IMG/VR virus record: IMGVR_UViG_3300045988_099276
Span: 64,001-128,000 of that record
Strand: one strand, 5' to 3'
Source of the DNA: a virus
Length of the DNA: 64,000 nt
Both the position numbers and the translations under genes were made by a program. The notes below the pieces were generated by a model, which did no database searches, was not told the DNA's origin, and saw only the letters and a list, made by a program, of their open reading frames with translations. The stretch's first letter is position 1. Every line of letters begins with the position of its first letter. Below, piece by piece: positions 37,142-48,282 of this stretch.

Positions 37142-39427
37142 TTAGAATCTTTCTATTGACTGATTACACGAAACGGTCATTGCATTGCCCGGCCCAAGAG
37201 GAATAGAAAGTGTGTTTAAATTATAATCGCCATATGTATTTGTAGAAGTATCATTTAATTCAACTCTAGAATTAGGCTCTAGGTAGAATACTGGCAGCGC
37301 AGTAATCGACACTGAATTTTGATAAGTCGTATGAAGATATAGCTCATACTTTACTTGGTCAAAAGCACTATTCTTATAGCCGCCAGTAGCAAGATTATAA
37401 AAAACCTCACCGCGCACTTGAGTATATGGCATACCATTGTCTTCACACTCCTGTTGTTTTGTCCTTCCCTTATCGTCTTCATCGGCATTGATGAATACAA
37501 TATTAGGAATCTCAGGAGCAAACAGACAGTTTACGGTATCAGATGATACAGCATCAGTTCTACGACCAATGGCAGATACAGAGAATTTTCCTAAGTCAGA
37601 TGTTGAAGAATCAATAAAGTCTAGAAAATAATTACCATCAGTCAGTGTAGAAGTAAGCAGTTCCGCATTTTCTTTTTCACCTATAAACTTCTGGTCTGCA
37701 AGGTCATAAATTTGCGGCCAAAACACATCTAATTCTTCAAAGTAATAATCTGTATCTATCCTACAATTATGTGCATATTGTAGAATATCTCCCTGCCAAC
37801 CAGAAATACCATCAATTTTAGCATAATAATTGCCAGAATCAATTCCATTTTTCTTAGCCAACATACCTTCAAGATAAAGCTCGGTACGCCAGTCTTTCAC
37901 CGTATAACCATCAATGATAATCGGTATTGCCGCAGAACTGGCATCTCCTTTGTCATCTACAACAACAGCAGATGTTGAAGCATCTATTGGAGGATAATAT
38001 GCCGCACACTTTAATGCTTTATAAGTATCATCTTTCCAATAGTAGGCAGTTTTATTGGTAGCATCAAAATAAATAGTATTGAAATCACCAATAGTAGGAA
38101 AATCTTTTACGCTTGTATATACAGTCGGAAATGCGGCTTTTAATTCTTGAGTAGACTCTTCTATATATAATAAAACGTTGTAATAAGTATTATAGTAACT
38201 ATTACCTTGTTCATCTATTGTAACGGGTGTCGGCTTGCGGTCAATGCAAAGATGATAACGAACGTCTACCTGCTGTTGGCTATTTGTTCCTTGGCGCTTA
38301 CCTTGAATAATAAAGTCATTCTTGATATTATTGAACTGTGGTGTTTTACTAATACTGATAATATTGTCTTTATCGTTAAAAGCGTATACACTTTTACCTG
38401 TAGTTGTTTCTACAAGATAATCATGTTTCTTCATGTCATTGACTAAAGTTGTCGCTTGCGTAGTATTAAGATAGTTCTTAATTTCCCTAAAATGGAATAC
38501 ACCAAATTCATCATAAAAATATTCAAAATTACCAAGATAACTTTTAATCTTATCGAGTACAGATGTTACGCTTTCGCCAAGGTTAGCAGACAGCTCAGAA
38601 TCATACACAAAATCATCATAGACATAGCCACAGTCTTGACCGCTTAAAATTTCAATCGTACCGTCTTCTAATTTTTCCGGCTTATCGACATATGCCGCAT
38701 ACCATATCCTACCAGCACTTCCACTTTGCTTAGGTACAAGATACAGCGGATTAGAGCCAGTCCATTTCATAACCCTTTTAATGCGGCGAGGCACATCTTC
38801 AATAACGATATTATTTAAATCTTCACCGCCGTAATGATTTACTAGCTCTTGGATAATGTCATAAACTAATACCTTTTTAGTAACATATGCGCCGCTTGCG
38901 TCCTGTGTATCCATTTCATCAAAGATAACAGCAGCCGACAATGTACCGGAAACATCACCCGATAAACCGCACATTTTATCTTTCAATGTCAGCTGCAACG
39001 ATACAGCAGACGAAACAGAAGATGATGCACTCGCACTCGCAATAAAGAAAACACCTTGAGGGAACCATAAGATAGGATAATCTAAAAATTGATTGCTATG
39101 GTTTTCAACACCAATCTCAACAAAGATTTTCTTATTAATTGCAAAATCATATGACATATTTTCAATATCATAATCGCCACTACTAATAGATGCGGTTAAT
39201 GAGCAAGTGCGCCTAATAGACGAAGAACCGTCTTTAGAAAGACTACCAGACGCAATAACGCCTTGAATCTCCTTCAACGGTTCTTCATTCCAATTGAGAA
39301 GGGTTAACCGCACATACTGTTTTTGATTTACAAAATTATCAATAGTCTTGAGAAAATTTCTACGCTTTAATGCGCTATTGGCATCTTCATAGAAGCTGTC
39401 GTTTAAATAAGGATACGTCCTTCTCAT
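37142..39427 (-). CDS. large baseplate/tail structural protein
   Basis: TAGGAGGGAAA-ATG SD. 761 aa. Confidence 0.5.
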   Translation of the reverse strand: MRRTYPYLNDSFYEDANSALKRRNFLKTIDNFVNQKQYVRLTLLNWNEEPLKEIQGVIASGSLSKDGSSSIRRTCSLTASISSGDYDIENMSYDFAINKKIFVEIGVENHSNQFLDYPILWFPQGVFFIASASASSSVSSAVSLQLTLKDKMCGLSGDVSGTLSAAVIFDEMDTQDASGAYVTKKVLVYDIIQELVNHYGGEDLNNIVIEDVPRRIKRVMKWTGSNPLYLVPKQSGSAGRIWYAAYVDKPEKLEDGTIEILSGQDCGYVYDDFVYDSELSANLGESVTSVLDKIKSYLGNFEYFYDEFGVFHFREIKNYLNTTQATTLVNDMKKHDYLVETTTGKSVYAFNDKDNIISISKTPQFNNIKNDFIIQGKRQGTNSQQQVDVRYHLCIDRKPTPVTIDEQGNSYYNTYYNVLLYIEESTQELKAAFPTVYTSVKDFPTIGDFNTIYFDATNKTAYYWKDDTYKALKCAAYYPPIDASTSAVVVDDKGDASSAAIPIIIDGYTVKDWRTELYLEGMLAKKNGIDSGNYYAKIDGISGWQGDILQYAHNCRIDTDYYFEELDVFWPQIYDLADQKFIGEKENAELLTSTLTDGNYFLDFIDSSTSDLGKFSVSAIGRRTDAVSSDTVNCLFAPEIPNIVFINADEDDKGRTKQQECEDNGMPYTQVRGEVFYNLATGGYKNSAFDQVKYELYLHTTYQNSVSITALPVFYLEPNSRVELNDTSTNTYGDYNLNTLSIPLGPGNAMTVSCNQSIERF

Positions 39428-39435
39428 TTTCCCTC

Positions 39436-42400
39436 CTATTGATAATTTGTGGTCATTACAGTGCCATAATAATTAATCATACCTTCTACTGGCATAAAAG
39501 CAATACCAATAGTTTCTGTAGAATTATTATTCTCTATATTATCAATCGTACCAAAAGCAAAATTATACCATTGATAATTATAGTAAATCTTTAAGTCTCC
39601 ATTAATATTATATACAGTATTTAGTGTAGGCTTCTTAACTTCACTAACATCCATGTATTTTACAACCTGAACTGGTCGTTCACCAATATCGTTCCATGCA
39701 TTAACAAAACTATCCTGCGGTGGATTATTATCTTGAATTACAGATACCGGGTCTTTTGTTTCAGCAGAATCAATAACTCTAATCCAATTAAAATTGTTAA
39801 TTGTTGCGTCATTAAGCGAAGCATCAACTCTAAATTCGTTCTCTTGCAAATATTTTGTTTTGTTTACTTGCTTCATACGAATTCCTAAGAAACACATATC
39901 ATCTACTGGAACGTCTCTCAGCATATGTAAAACACCTGTGCCACCTACGAGATAGTTTTTATATTCTGCTTCATTATGGTATTTAATACTAGCAACTGCG
40001 TATGGAGTAACATCTAAGCAAATACCCTTCCAATATTTCATGCGTTTGCTTGAAATCATAACATCGCCGTTCATTTGAATAAAGTTATATTTATTCCTAA
40101 TCTTTCTTCCAAGATAAATATTAGGTTTAAAGATACCTCTCTCTTGACCAACTACTACGCGGTCAACAGACGCGCTTGAAACAGCTTCTTTTGAGCTAGA
40201 GCGTTCTTTATAGCAAAGCGTGTATTCAACAGTGATAACATCACCAATTTGGAAATAAAGACCAATAACATCTAACTTGTTTGGAATCTGATAATATCCA
40301 CGCTCGTTAACGAAAATATTATGATTACCATTACTACCACGAGTCATAACACCAAAATAATATCCTTGCTGGACTCGCTTTTCAGCAATCATCTGAGACA
40401 CACCATTTGTTTTATCTGTTACTTCTGTAAGTCCATCTGAACCACTTTGGAAGGTATAGTAACGAGGTTTAGAATGATAATAAATTTTAATATCTTTAAG
40501 TACGATTTCTTCTGCTTTGCGTTTCGCAAGAACTCCACTATATTTTTTACTTAATATATCATTAATATCATTTCTAATATCATTGTTATTCGTAACTGTA
40601 AACTTATATGTTTGACCAGGTTTAATAACTTCAATGTAATCTTTAGGCTCGTCCTCGGAATCTTGTTTACCATTGCCACTAATAGAACCAATCATCTTGC
40701 GGTTATAAATACCAAGAGTATCAAGAGTATCTAAGGAAGAAGCATCTTCAACTTCATAAACAGTAGCAGAAAAATTCCATAGCCTGCGGCCAACTGTTTC
40801 ATTAGGTGTCAACGTAACATCTGTAAGCATAACGACCATTGAACCTTCTGCCATTGAACGATACAGCTTAGGCTCACCATCATTTAACCATGCAATTAGC
40901 TTCTCACGGAATTCACGCTCGTAGAGCCAATCGTTTGTAGTAGTTGTTAGATACTCCTGTGAAGTTACACTAGAAATAGGCCCACTGGGATATTGATTTC
41001 CTCCAGTCTTCTCCCAATTCTTAAAATCATTACGAATTAAATCTTTAACGCCAGTTTCATCTTTATATTCTGAATATAGGTCTTTAAGAGTGTCATTATT
41101 ATGATGAATAAGTTCTGTCTTATTAGCAAACTCTGAGTAAACATCAGACTCAGCACTAATTAAACCTGAAATGCTGAACTGTTTATAATTTAATACAGCA
41201 TTTTCCGCAAATTTAGGATATTTGCCGCCGAGCGTATCAATCTTAGCTCTATTGACTACTGGCTTAAAGCTACTAACCTGATAATTATATCTTACCGCGT
41301 ATTGCTCTTTTCCACGAGAAAGATAAGCGTCATAAAATTGCGGCAAAACGACTTTAGACATTTTAGGTTTAGCAATTGACATTCCAGTAGAAGTAAGAGC
41401 TTCTACACGATAACGATACCATGTCAGACTTTCTACAGTATTATCTACAATTGAAAAATCAATTTGCTGTAGCTTTGCGCTATAGATTGTTTCCCACTCT
41501 TTAAAATTATCTTTATTAGATGCACGCCTTACGTATACAGATACGCCATCACTAAAAGAATATTCGTTCTTGACAGAAACTTTAATTGACGCAGTTTCAT
41601 CATCAACTTCCGCATCAATTGTAGGTTGCCATTCATCAGCGCCAGTGTATTCGCCAATCTGGAACTTATATTCTTTGCTAAGCTGATACTGATTCTTTGT
41701 GCGGCACGTGATACGGCATACATAATACGTACTGGTAGGGTCTGATGTAGAACCATCTGAACTATTTTTCAAAGATGAAAAATCAATATTATATACAATA
41801 TTATTTGGATTAAGATTTTCACCAGTGTAAATAGTAGGAGTAGAGAATAATACTTTATCTGAATCGTCTAGAATATCAAATTGATATGCTTCAAGTGTTT
41901 CAGTTTCAGTATTTAAAACTACTTCTTCACCACTTTCATTTTTAGTGACAAAAACAAGACCTCCCGCAATTTGCGTTAAGCCTTTATTAAAAGTCATATA
42001 TGAATTGCCTGTATAGTTTTCAAATACAGATAAATAAATTTTAGGTTGGTGAATAGGTCTAATTAGACAAACAGAAGACCATTCTGAAAAATATTGCGTA
42101 TGTGATAAAAGATAACTATTCTTCTTTGCTTCATCATTAATAGGCACTTCATCAGTTCCATTATAGCTGTCAAATCGAATCTGAACTTTATAGAACTGAT
42201 TCGTATTGAAAGCATTACCCTCGATATAAGCGGTAGGTATCGTTACATAATACATACCGCTTACTTTATCGAATTGTAAATCTTCAATGAGAATGCCCGA
42301 AAGTTTATTCAAGGCATTCTCATTGTTAAGCTGATTTACGCAACTGACATGCACATGCTTAATCTCAGATGCAGAATTAAAAGAAGAAAGAGTAAAATAT

Positions 42401-42483
42401 ACAACAGCATCTTCTGTGTTTACAAAGGCATTTTGAAATGTTGAAACCACAGGTGGATACAGTGTACTAACGACTGTTGCCAT
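39436..42483 (-). CDS. large baseplate/tail structural protein
   Basis: AAAGGAAGAG SD upstream. 1015 aa. Confidence 0.5.
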   Translation of the reverse strand: MATVVSTLYPPVVSTFQNAFVNTEDAVVYFTLSSFNSASEIKHVHVSCVNQLNNENALNKLSGILIEDLQFDKVSGMYYVTIPTAYIEGNAFNTNQFYKVQIRFDSYNGTDEVPINDEAKKNSYLLSHTQYFSEWSSVCLIRPIHQPKIYLSVFENYTGNSYMTFNKGLTQIAGGLVFVTKNESGEEVVLNTETETLEAYQFDILDDSDKVLFSTPTIYTGENLNPNNIVYNIDFSSLKNSSDGSTSDPTSTYYVCRITCRTKNQYQLSKEYKFQIGEYTGADEWQPTIDAEVDDETASIKVSVKNEYSFSDGVSVYVRRASNKDNFKEWETIYSAKLQQIDFSIVDNTVESLTWYRYRVEALTSTGMSIAKPKMSKVVLPQFYDAYLSRGKEQYAVRYNYQVSSFKPVVNRAKIDTLGGKYPKFAENAVLNYKQFSISGLISAESDVYSEFANKTELIHHNNDTLKDLYSEYKDETGVKDLIRNDFKNWEKTGGNQYPSGPISSVTSQEYLTTTTNDWLYEREFREKLIAWLNDGEPKLYRSMAEGSMVVMLTDVTLTPNETVGRRLWNFSATVYEVEDASSLDTLDTLGIYNRKMIGSISGNGKQDSEDEPKDYIEVIKPGQTYKFTVTNNNDIRNDINDILSKKYSGVLAKRKAEEIVLKDIKIYYHSKPRYYTFQSGSDGLTEVTDKTNGVSQMIAEKRVQQGYYFGVMTRGSNGNHNIFVNERGYYQIPNKLDVIGLYFQIGDVITVEYTLCYKERSSSKEAVSSASVDRVVVGQERGIFKPNIYLGRKIRNKYNFIQMNGDVMISSKRMKYWKGICLDVTPYAVASIKYHNEAEYKNYLVGGTGVLHMLRDVPVDDMCFLGIRMKQVNKTKYLQENEFRVDASLNDATINNFNWIRVIDSAETKDPVSVIQDNNPPQDSFVNAWNDIGERPVQVVKYMDVSEVKKPTLNTVYNINGDLKIYYNYQWYNFAFGTIDNIENNNSTETIGIAFMPVEGMINYYGTVMTTNYQ

Positions 42484-42499
42484 ATTTCACTCTTCCTTT

Positions 42500-42757
42500 C
42501 TATTGGTTAGAAGAACTTGTATCAATCCAAATGCCAACATGAGTATTAGTAGGCTGTGTCTTACCAGTATATACAAACGTTGTATTTTTCATGAAGTCCA
42601 TGTAATTGTCAAAGAATTGGGCAAGAGAATAATTACCCTTATCTTTACGTGTGTCCACTACATTCTCAAAGCCAACTCCAAATTCAGAGTAAGGCAAAGT
42701 AAGTGAACCATCTTTGGCCTTTTGACCAACCTTTTTAACAAAGGATTTTACTGCCAT
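42500..42757 (-). CDS. small structural protein carrying the QPT...WI motif
   Basis: 85 aa. C-terminal VYTGKTQPTNTHVGIWIDTSSSNQ resembles the fibre C-terminal tags. Confidence 0.45.
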   Translation of the reverse strand: MAVKSFVKKVGQKAKDGSLTLPYSEFGVGFENVVDTRKDKGNYSLAQFFDNYMDFMKNTTFVYTGKTQPTNTHVGIWIDTSSSNQ

Positions 42758-43014
42758 TATTTAACTTCCTTCTCCTTGGGAGTGGCTTTTTGCTCTGCTT
42801 GATTAACTTCTTGCGCCTGCTGCTGAGCCTTGGCCGCAGTTTCCATATCAATAGCTCGTAGCATTTCACCCTGAGCTATTGGATAAAGACCGACAAGAAC
42901 AGAGTTAAGAGCGTCTACCATAACAGTAGCGCCAATACCGTTCTTTGCCATAAAATCATAAATCATATCTTTTGCAAGAGCATGAACCCTCATACGTACT
43001 TCTAATTCATTCAT
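42757..43014 (-). CDS. hypothetical small protein
   Basis: 85 aa. ATGA-type overlap with the downstream gene. Confidence 0.4.
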   Translation of the reverse strand: MNELEVRMRVHALAKDMIYDFMAKNGIGATVMVDALNSVLVGLYPIAQGEMLRAIDMETAAKAQQQAQEVNQAEQKATPKEKEVK

Positions 43015-43035
43015 ATCCTTTTATCTCCTTTAATC

Positions 43036-46000
43036 TTATACTTCTTCATTTGAAGTATTTGTAGTGTAACTACCACCAGTCATTAATCCACTAACAAATT
43101 GAGCTGTAGATTTCTTACCATCAACAACAACATGAGCCATTGTATAATTAACTTTATGATGATGATTCTTCTTAGCATAAGAATTATCATGATTATGGTT
43201 TCTATCTGCTTTACTATTTGCTGTAGCTTGTGCCGCATTTGCTTTTGCTCTAGCATCATTTACATCAGACCTGCGAGCATTTACTTCATTATTAATCTGT
43301 GTCTGTAAATTATTTAACAAATCATAAATACAGCCTAAGTGGTCTGAAACCTTTGACGAACTTCTATTGGCTCCCATGCACCAATGTGTATAACCATTAT
43401 TATAACAATATTCATTACTATAATTCCAACCACTAATACTACATATATCTCGTTCAGCAGTAAGTGATGTAGTTGATTGTGAATCAGGTGTACCTGTGAA
43501 TACGCCCCAGTTTGAAACAACACCATGACCAATGCTAACATAAGTTCGTTTGCCGACGTGCGGCACTTCATCATAATTAGATTGAATAGTGCCAGTACCA
43601 GACCTAATATAAAAAGCACCGTTACCGCCAGACTGAGGAATAAGACTAATGCTTACGCCACCTTGTGCTTCATTATCTTTAATGGCGGTAGCGACTAGTT
43701 TAATACCATCAGGTGAAGTATCACTTACAATATTTACGCCATTGTTTTCAGCATTGAATTTAAGACCTTCACCAACAAGTGTAGTATTCTGTCCTTTATT
43801 ATTATTTAATGTCAAAACAGCCTTGGCGTTGTTTGAGCCAATGGTAAACGTACCAGCTTCATTATTTGCAACAGAAGAAAAAGCCTTTGAATACATCAAA
43901 TAATCTTCTCCTGCTTTAATTTGGAAATCTTTGTCTGCAATATTCGTAATCGAATTAGTTGCATTAAGTCTCAAATTGCCACCAATGGCATAGGTATAAT
44001 TTCCATCTTCATCTGTCTTATCATCTTTTGGCGTACCAATAGCAGAAAGAGTAAAATCACCAGTAGACATAGTGGTTTTTCTGTCTTTTGGATTCATAAA
44101 CTCAAAGTTATTATTAAGATATAAAACAGATGTCTTAGTCTTTTCGTCTGTTGTATCATTTGCCGCAGATAAAGCAGACAATCTTAAATAAGAATTTTCG
44201 TGACCAATAATAGCCTGCTCTGAATCTATGTGAAGTCTATGTGTCGAGCTATCAGATGATTCCTTACCTAAATCTGGCGCGTAAAGGCTAACATGTTTAC
44301 CATATACATTGAATCCTCTTGGATATTCATTGTTAACATTTGTGCCAGTAGAAAGATAAAGGTCTGTTGTAGCCTTTTCAGAATTTTTAACTGTACCATC
44401 AACAAAAAATTTAAATAAGTTTGTATCAGACCAGCCAAACTGCGCACCAATATATTTAGCATCCAACGCTCGCTTACCAAATGCGCCTACCTTACCAATA
44501 CCCATTGAAGATTCTTGGTCTTGGATTGCATTTGTATAGAACTGTCCAAATTGATTAATACCAACAAGCGGATAACGATGCCACTTATTATCTTTCTTGT
44601 AATGTCTATAGATTGATAAAGTTGAGTCTTTTCGTGGGTCAATTTCTACTTCAAGGCTATCTCCCTCAGCGAGTGCGGCATTTGCCCCATCAAATTCAAT
44701 ATTTGAATTTTGTCTTGTAAGTGGCTTACCTTTGACTGAGATATAGGCAGGGTTAGCGCCTAAAATAAGACCTTGCTTATCTGATGGAATCGAAAATTGT
44801 GAATCTTTTACAGGATAGTCTGTATATGGTCTGTCTACAGTTGCTTCTGTAAAATTACCATTTTCATCAACTTCCGCGTTTGCAATATTATATAATGCGC
44901 GAGAACCGATACGCCACGCGCCAATATAGCTTTCGCCACCTGGGACTAGTTTAATGCGGCCTTCCTCAAAATGATTATTTTGTGATGCCTGCTGCTCTGG
45001 CAAACCAAAAGTAGCTGAACCATCTTTAGCATCTAAGAAGATAGACTGCTTACCTTCTGAGAATCCCATTAAACCAATTTTAGATTCATCTGAATCATAA
45101 GTCTTTGAAGTTCCCATTACAACGCCAGTGAATTGATTATTCTTGTTCTTTTCACCGGCGCCAATTTGCGGCGCAAGAATGTAATTTTCATCTTCATTGA
45201 TTTCTAGATGTGTTCCATCCCAATCATTCAAAGATTTAAGACCATAAGTGTTCAGTGACATATAGATAGGAATATATAGCTCAACAACAGGATTGGCCGC
45301 ATCTGCTGACGTATATACTTTACAATGAACTAAATTGTTGCCATACTCACCATCATACACGTCATTTGGAAGAATATAGATTTGACTTAATCCTTTTGTG
45401 CGAGCTGTCTTTTGTACGCCTTCTGACGTATTCTTTTCTGTAATAATCTTAAAACAAGCACTTACTGGATTCTCATCATACGTTTGACCAGTCTTTGAAG
45501 GATCGCCACCCTCAGCTATCCATTCAATAAATAAATCTTCAATACCAGAGCCGACAAGTGTAACGCCTTGGTTCTTATTATATAGCGGATTGCGGCCATC
45601 TGCGTTATAAGTAATAGACTTTAAAAGAGAAGTTTTATCAATTTGAATATCAGTATCAGCATACTTCTTGATTACTGGGATACCATAAAAAGCGTAATAC
45701 TTATATGAAGAGTCTCCAACGGTGTAAGTTGTTTGAGCCTTAACGATTTGGTTCATAAACTTGCGCTTGGCCGCATCAGTTGTGTTCCAAGAAACAACAC
45801 CATCGTTACAGCTCATATATTTGCTTTGACCATAGCCCATAGACCAAGAGACAGTAGAATCATCATTGATTTTTTCATTACGCTGATAGAGTTGGAATTC
45901 TAAAACCTGCTGTGAGATTGATTGACCTGTATTCCATTCAATCATATTATTCTTGTCGATAATAAGCGCAAGCATTTTATTCTTTAGACTCTTAGAAGTA

Positions 46001-48159
46001 GGAGAAATCTTAGCGACAATATCTGTACCATTCGTGCCATTCTCGCCTACCTTAGTAAACAGAAAATCAGTCATTTGACTATATGTAACGCCTTGATATG
46101 TTACAATAGCTTCAATCTGATTTGATACTGCTGAATAGTCAAAGTTTGCGGCAATCGCCATAGGGTAAATTTGTGAAATACAATATTCAATTTTCTGATT
46201 AGATTGATTAAGTACCATTCCTTCTTTTGGAATAGTAATCATAGAATCTGTTAATGGTACTCGCCATTTAATATCATATGTATCTTTATTAACTTCAAGA
46301 CCAGCAGGGTCAAAGAAATGACAAGTAAGCGGCTTTACCTCTAATGGGTCTTCATATCTATCATCATCAGGTGATACACCAGATTCACTATACTGAAATA
46401 CTTGGTCACCATTTTCAATAGTGATATAATAATCAGTAGGGTCTGCGGCAGTTGCATTCTTTAAAATAATAGTTGCAACACCGATATTATATTCAATATC
46501 TTCTACGGTTTCATCTCCCGTAGGTTCCCTATCGCGCAAATAAACAGCGCATTTGAAAGTAGCCTTGGAATCAATACCTTTAACTGGATAAGTAAGCGTA
46601 TTTTTATCCCATGATGCACCTTCGAGCGCATTCATTTGATTCTTTAAAGCAGAAAGATTATTATATCCGATACCCTGCTTCATACCATCTTCATAACGAG
46701 CTTTAAGTTCTTCAATCGTCTCGGTAAAAGATAATGTTTGACCATAATCATCAACCTTAGACCAAACGAATCTAAAGAAGTTATCTGGATGCCCATTTGC
46801 TTTGCCAGCTTCAAAATCAGAAGATTTACCATCCAAGAGACAAGTTAGAGTAGGTTTACCACGGTCAAAACTAAAACTAACTCCAAGAGAAGAAGTAATT
46901 TCAATATCACGTTTTGCCGCTTCATTATATAAAACAAAATAGTCTTTTAAAACCATCTGCTCTTTGTAGACGCAAACGCACATATACTTATTCTCATAAG
47001 CGCGATTTTCCGCACCAGTAGTAACAAAACTATATTTATTACCTTTGGCTTCAAGATAAGACCAGCCAGCCCCACCGTACATCTTATAATCTCTAGAGCT
47101 TGCGGTCACTCGTCCATCTTCTTTAAACCAATAAAACATTGCATCGCCTGAAAGGTCTTCATTCTTATGGCGAAGTGTGCTAACAACGCTTAGAGAAGAG
47201 TTCTCAGTTAAGTCTCTAAATGTTGAACCTTTCGGCATAGACAAGTGCATCTGATAATCGCCATTTGCCGCACTAATCTTTTTTAGACCATAGAATTCAA
47301 TATCTTTAATAAAAATATCATCGCCCCAGCCAATCGGCCTATCTTGTGATTGAATTGGGTCTGTTATTTCTACGAAGTCTTTACAATAGAAGATAATCTG
47401 GTCAATATATAAAAAGTTTTCAACATCTATTGGAAAAATCTGATATTGGTCAAAATAGCTTTGATATTTAAGCGGCGAACCCGTCATGCTATTGCTGTCG
47501 ATAGTGTATGATAATTTCTTAACTAACGCTTGACCGTTATCATCTGTAGCGTCTCCGTCTTTAAAAGCTAAGATAAAAGTGATACCATATTCGCCAGTCT
47601 TTGTGAGTTTATGCTCTCGCGGCAAAGACGTGCGGAAAGATGCTTCAATCAGTATCGCTTCGGCCTGCTTAATATTATTCTCTAGCTCTTGGGTATCAAT
47701 AGATAAGAACTGAGGTCTAGAGCCGCTTACATCTTCATCTTTTTTATATAATACTTTGTAATCTTCCTTCTTGTAAGAACGAAGCCCAGCAGGCGTGACT
47801 TTATCCTTATCACTAAGGCAATTGCGGCCAATGAGATTATAGTTACTAATGGCCGAAGATACAAAGCTAATATTATTATCATCTTCTGCTGCCTGCGCAA
47901 CACCTACGATATTCTTTTTCTTGGTGAAATCACCTTCTGGAATAAGAACATATACCGATTGGCCTTGAGTATATGTATTTCCTTCTTGGGCATATGCTTT
48001 TAATTTGCCGCCATTATAGGAAACTAGATATTCACCTGTAAGTGAATTAGTACAGCCAGCGACAGTGGCGGTAACTGTTTTATCCGTAGCTATCTGTTCT
48101 ATTCTATTGGATACGATTGTATCCACAGCTTCAAGAACAACGTCCTGTAGATTCGCCAT
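43036..48159 (-). CDS. very large tail-tip/baseplate structural protein (Tal-position)
   Basis: First gene after the tape measure. Start moved to ATG 48159 (AGGAG 9 nt upstream), because the track N-terminus reads through the terminator hairpin. His-rich coiled C-terminus. Confidence 0.5.
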   Translation of the reverse strand: MANLQDVVLEAVDTIVSNRIEQIATDKTVTATVAGCTNSLTGEYLVSYNGGKLKAYAQEGNTYTQGQSVYVLIPEGDFTKKKNIVGVAQAAEDDNNISFVSSAISNYNLIGRNCLSDKDKVTPAGLRSYKKEDYKVLYKKDEDVSGSRPQFLSIDTQELENNIKQAEAILIEASFRTSLPREHKLTKTGEYGITFILAFKDGDATDDNGQALVKKLSYTIDSNSMTGSPLKYQSYFDQYQIFPIDVENFLYIDQIIFYCKDFVEITDPIQSQDRPIGWGDDIFIKDIEFYGLKKISAANGDYQMHLSMPKGSTFRDLTENSSLSVVSTLRHKNEDLSGDAMFYWFKEDGRVTASSRDYKMYGGAGWSYLEAKGNKYSFVTTGAENRAYENKYMCVCVYKEQMVLKDYFVLYNEAAKRDIEITSSLGVSFSFDRGKPTLTCLLDGKSSDFEAGKANGHPDNFFRFVWSKVDDYGQTLSFTETIEELKARYEDGMKQGIGYNNLSALKNQMNALEGASWDKNTLTYPVKGIDSKATFKCAVYLRDREPTGDETVEDIEYNIGVATIILKNATAADPTDYYITIENGDQVFQYSESGVSPDDDRYEDPLEVKPLTCHFFDPAGLEVNKDTYDIKWRVPLTDSMITIPKEGMVLNQSNQKIEYCISQIYPMAIAANFDYSAVSNQIEAIVTYQGVTYSQMTDFLFTKVGENGTNGTDIVAKISPTSKSLKNKMLALIIDKNNMIEWNTGQSISQQVLEFQLYQRNEKINDDSTVSWSMGYGQSKYMSCNDGVVSWNTTDAAKRKFMNQIVKAQTTYTVGDSSYKYYAFYGIPVIKKYADTDIQIDKTSLLKSITYNADGRNPLYNKNQGVTLVGSGIEDLFIEWIAEGGDPSKTGQTYDENPVSACFKIITEKNTSEGVQKTARTKGLSQIYILPNDVYDGEYGNNLVHCKVYTSADAANPVVELYIPIYMSLNTYGLKSLNDWDGTHLEINEDENYILAPQIGAGEKNKNNQFTGVVMGTSKTYDSDESKIGLMGFSEGKQSIFLDAKDGSATFGLPEQQASQNNHFEEGRIKLVPGGESYIGAWRIGSRALYNIANAEVDENGNFTEATVDRPYTDYPVKDSQFSIPSDKQGLILGANPAYISVKGKPLTRQNSNIEFDGANAALAEGDSLEVEIDPRKDSTLSIYRHYKKDNKWHRYPLVGINQFGQFYTNAIQDQESSMGIGKVGAFGKRALDAKYIGAQFGWSDTNLFKFFVDGTVKNSEKATTDLYLSTGTNVNNEYPRGFNVYGKHVSLYAPDLGKESSDSSTHRLHIDSEQAIIGHENSYLRLSALSAANDTTDEKTKTSVLYLNNNFEFMNPKDRKTTMSTGDFTLSAIGTPKDDKTDEDGNYTYAIGGNLRLNATNSITNIADKDFQIKAGEDYLMYSKAFSSVANNEAGTFTIGSNNAKAVLTLNNNKGQNTTLVGEGLKFNAENNGVNIVSDTSPDGIKLVATAIKDNEAQGGVSISLIPQSGGNGAFYIRSGTGTIQSNYDEVPHVGKRTYVSIGHGVVSNWGVFTGTPDSQSTTSLTAERDICSISGWNYSNEYCYNNGYTHWCMGANRSSSKVSDHLGCIYDLLNNLQTQINNEVNARRSDVNDARAKANAAQATANSKADRNHNHDNSYAKKNHHHKVNYTMAHVVVDGKKSTAQFVSGLMTGGSYTTNTSNEEV

Positions 48160-48185
48160 TGCCAGCTCACTCCTTTTCAATCCAA

Positions 48186-48216
48186 ATAAAAAACGGGAGA
48201 ACATAAAGTTCTCCCG
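48186..48216 (-). terminator. rho-independent terminator after the tape measure
   Basis: On the - strand: CGGGAGAAC TTTAT GTTCTCCCG followed by TTTTTTA. Confidence 0.7.
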
Positions 48217-48282
48217 TTTATAAAATTATGCTCTAAGACATATCAAAACCATAAATATTCGATTATAAAATTTTGCCCATGT

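Noticed and set aside
28911-48216. Two terminators with nearly the same architecture (CGAGGGAAAC-ATAAA-GTTTCCCTCG at 28919-28943 and CGGGAGAAC-ATAAA-GTTCTCCCG at 48194-48216) as a possible repeated mobile or regulatory element.
   Set aside because: The similarity is limited to a short stem-loop plus T-run, with no flanking homology. Convergent ordinary terminators are the simpler explanation.
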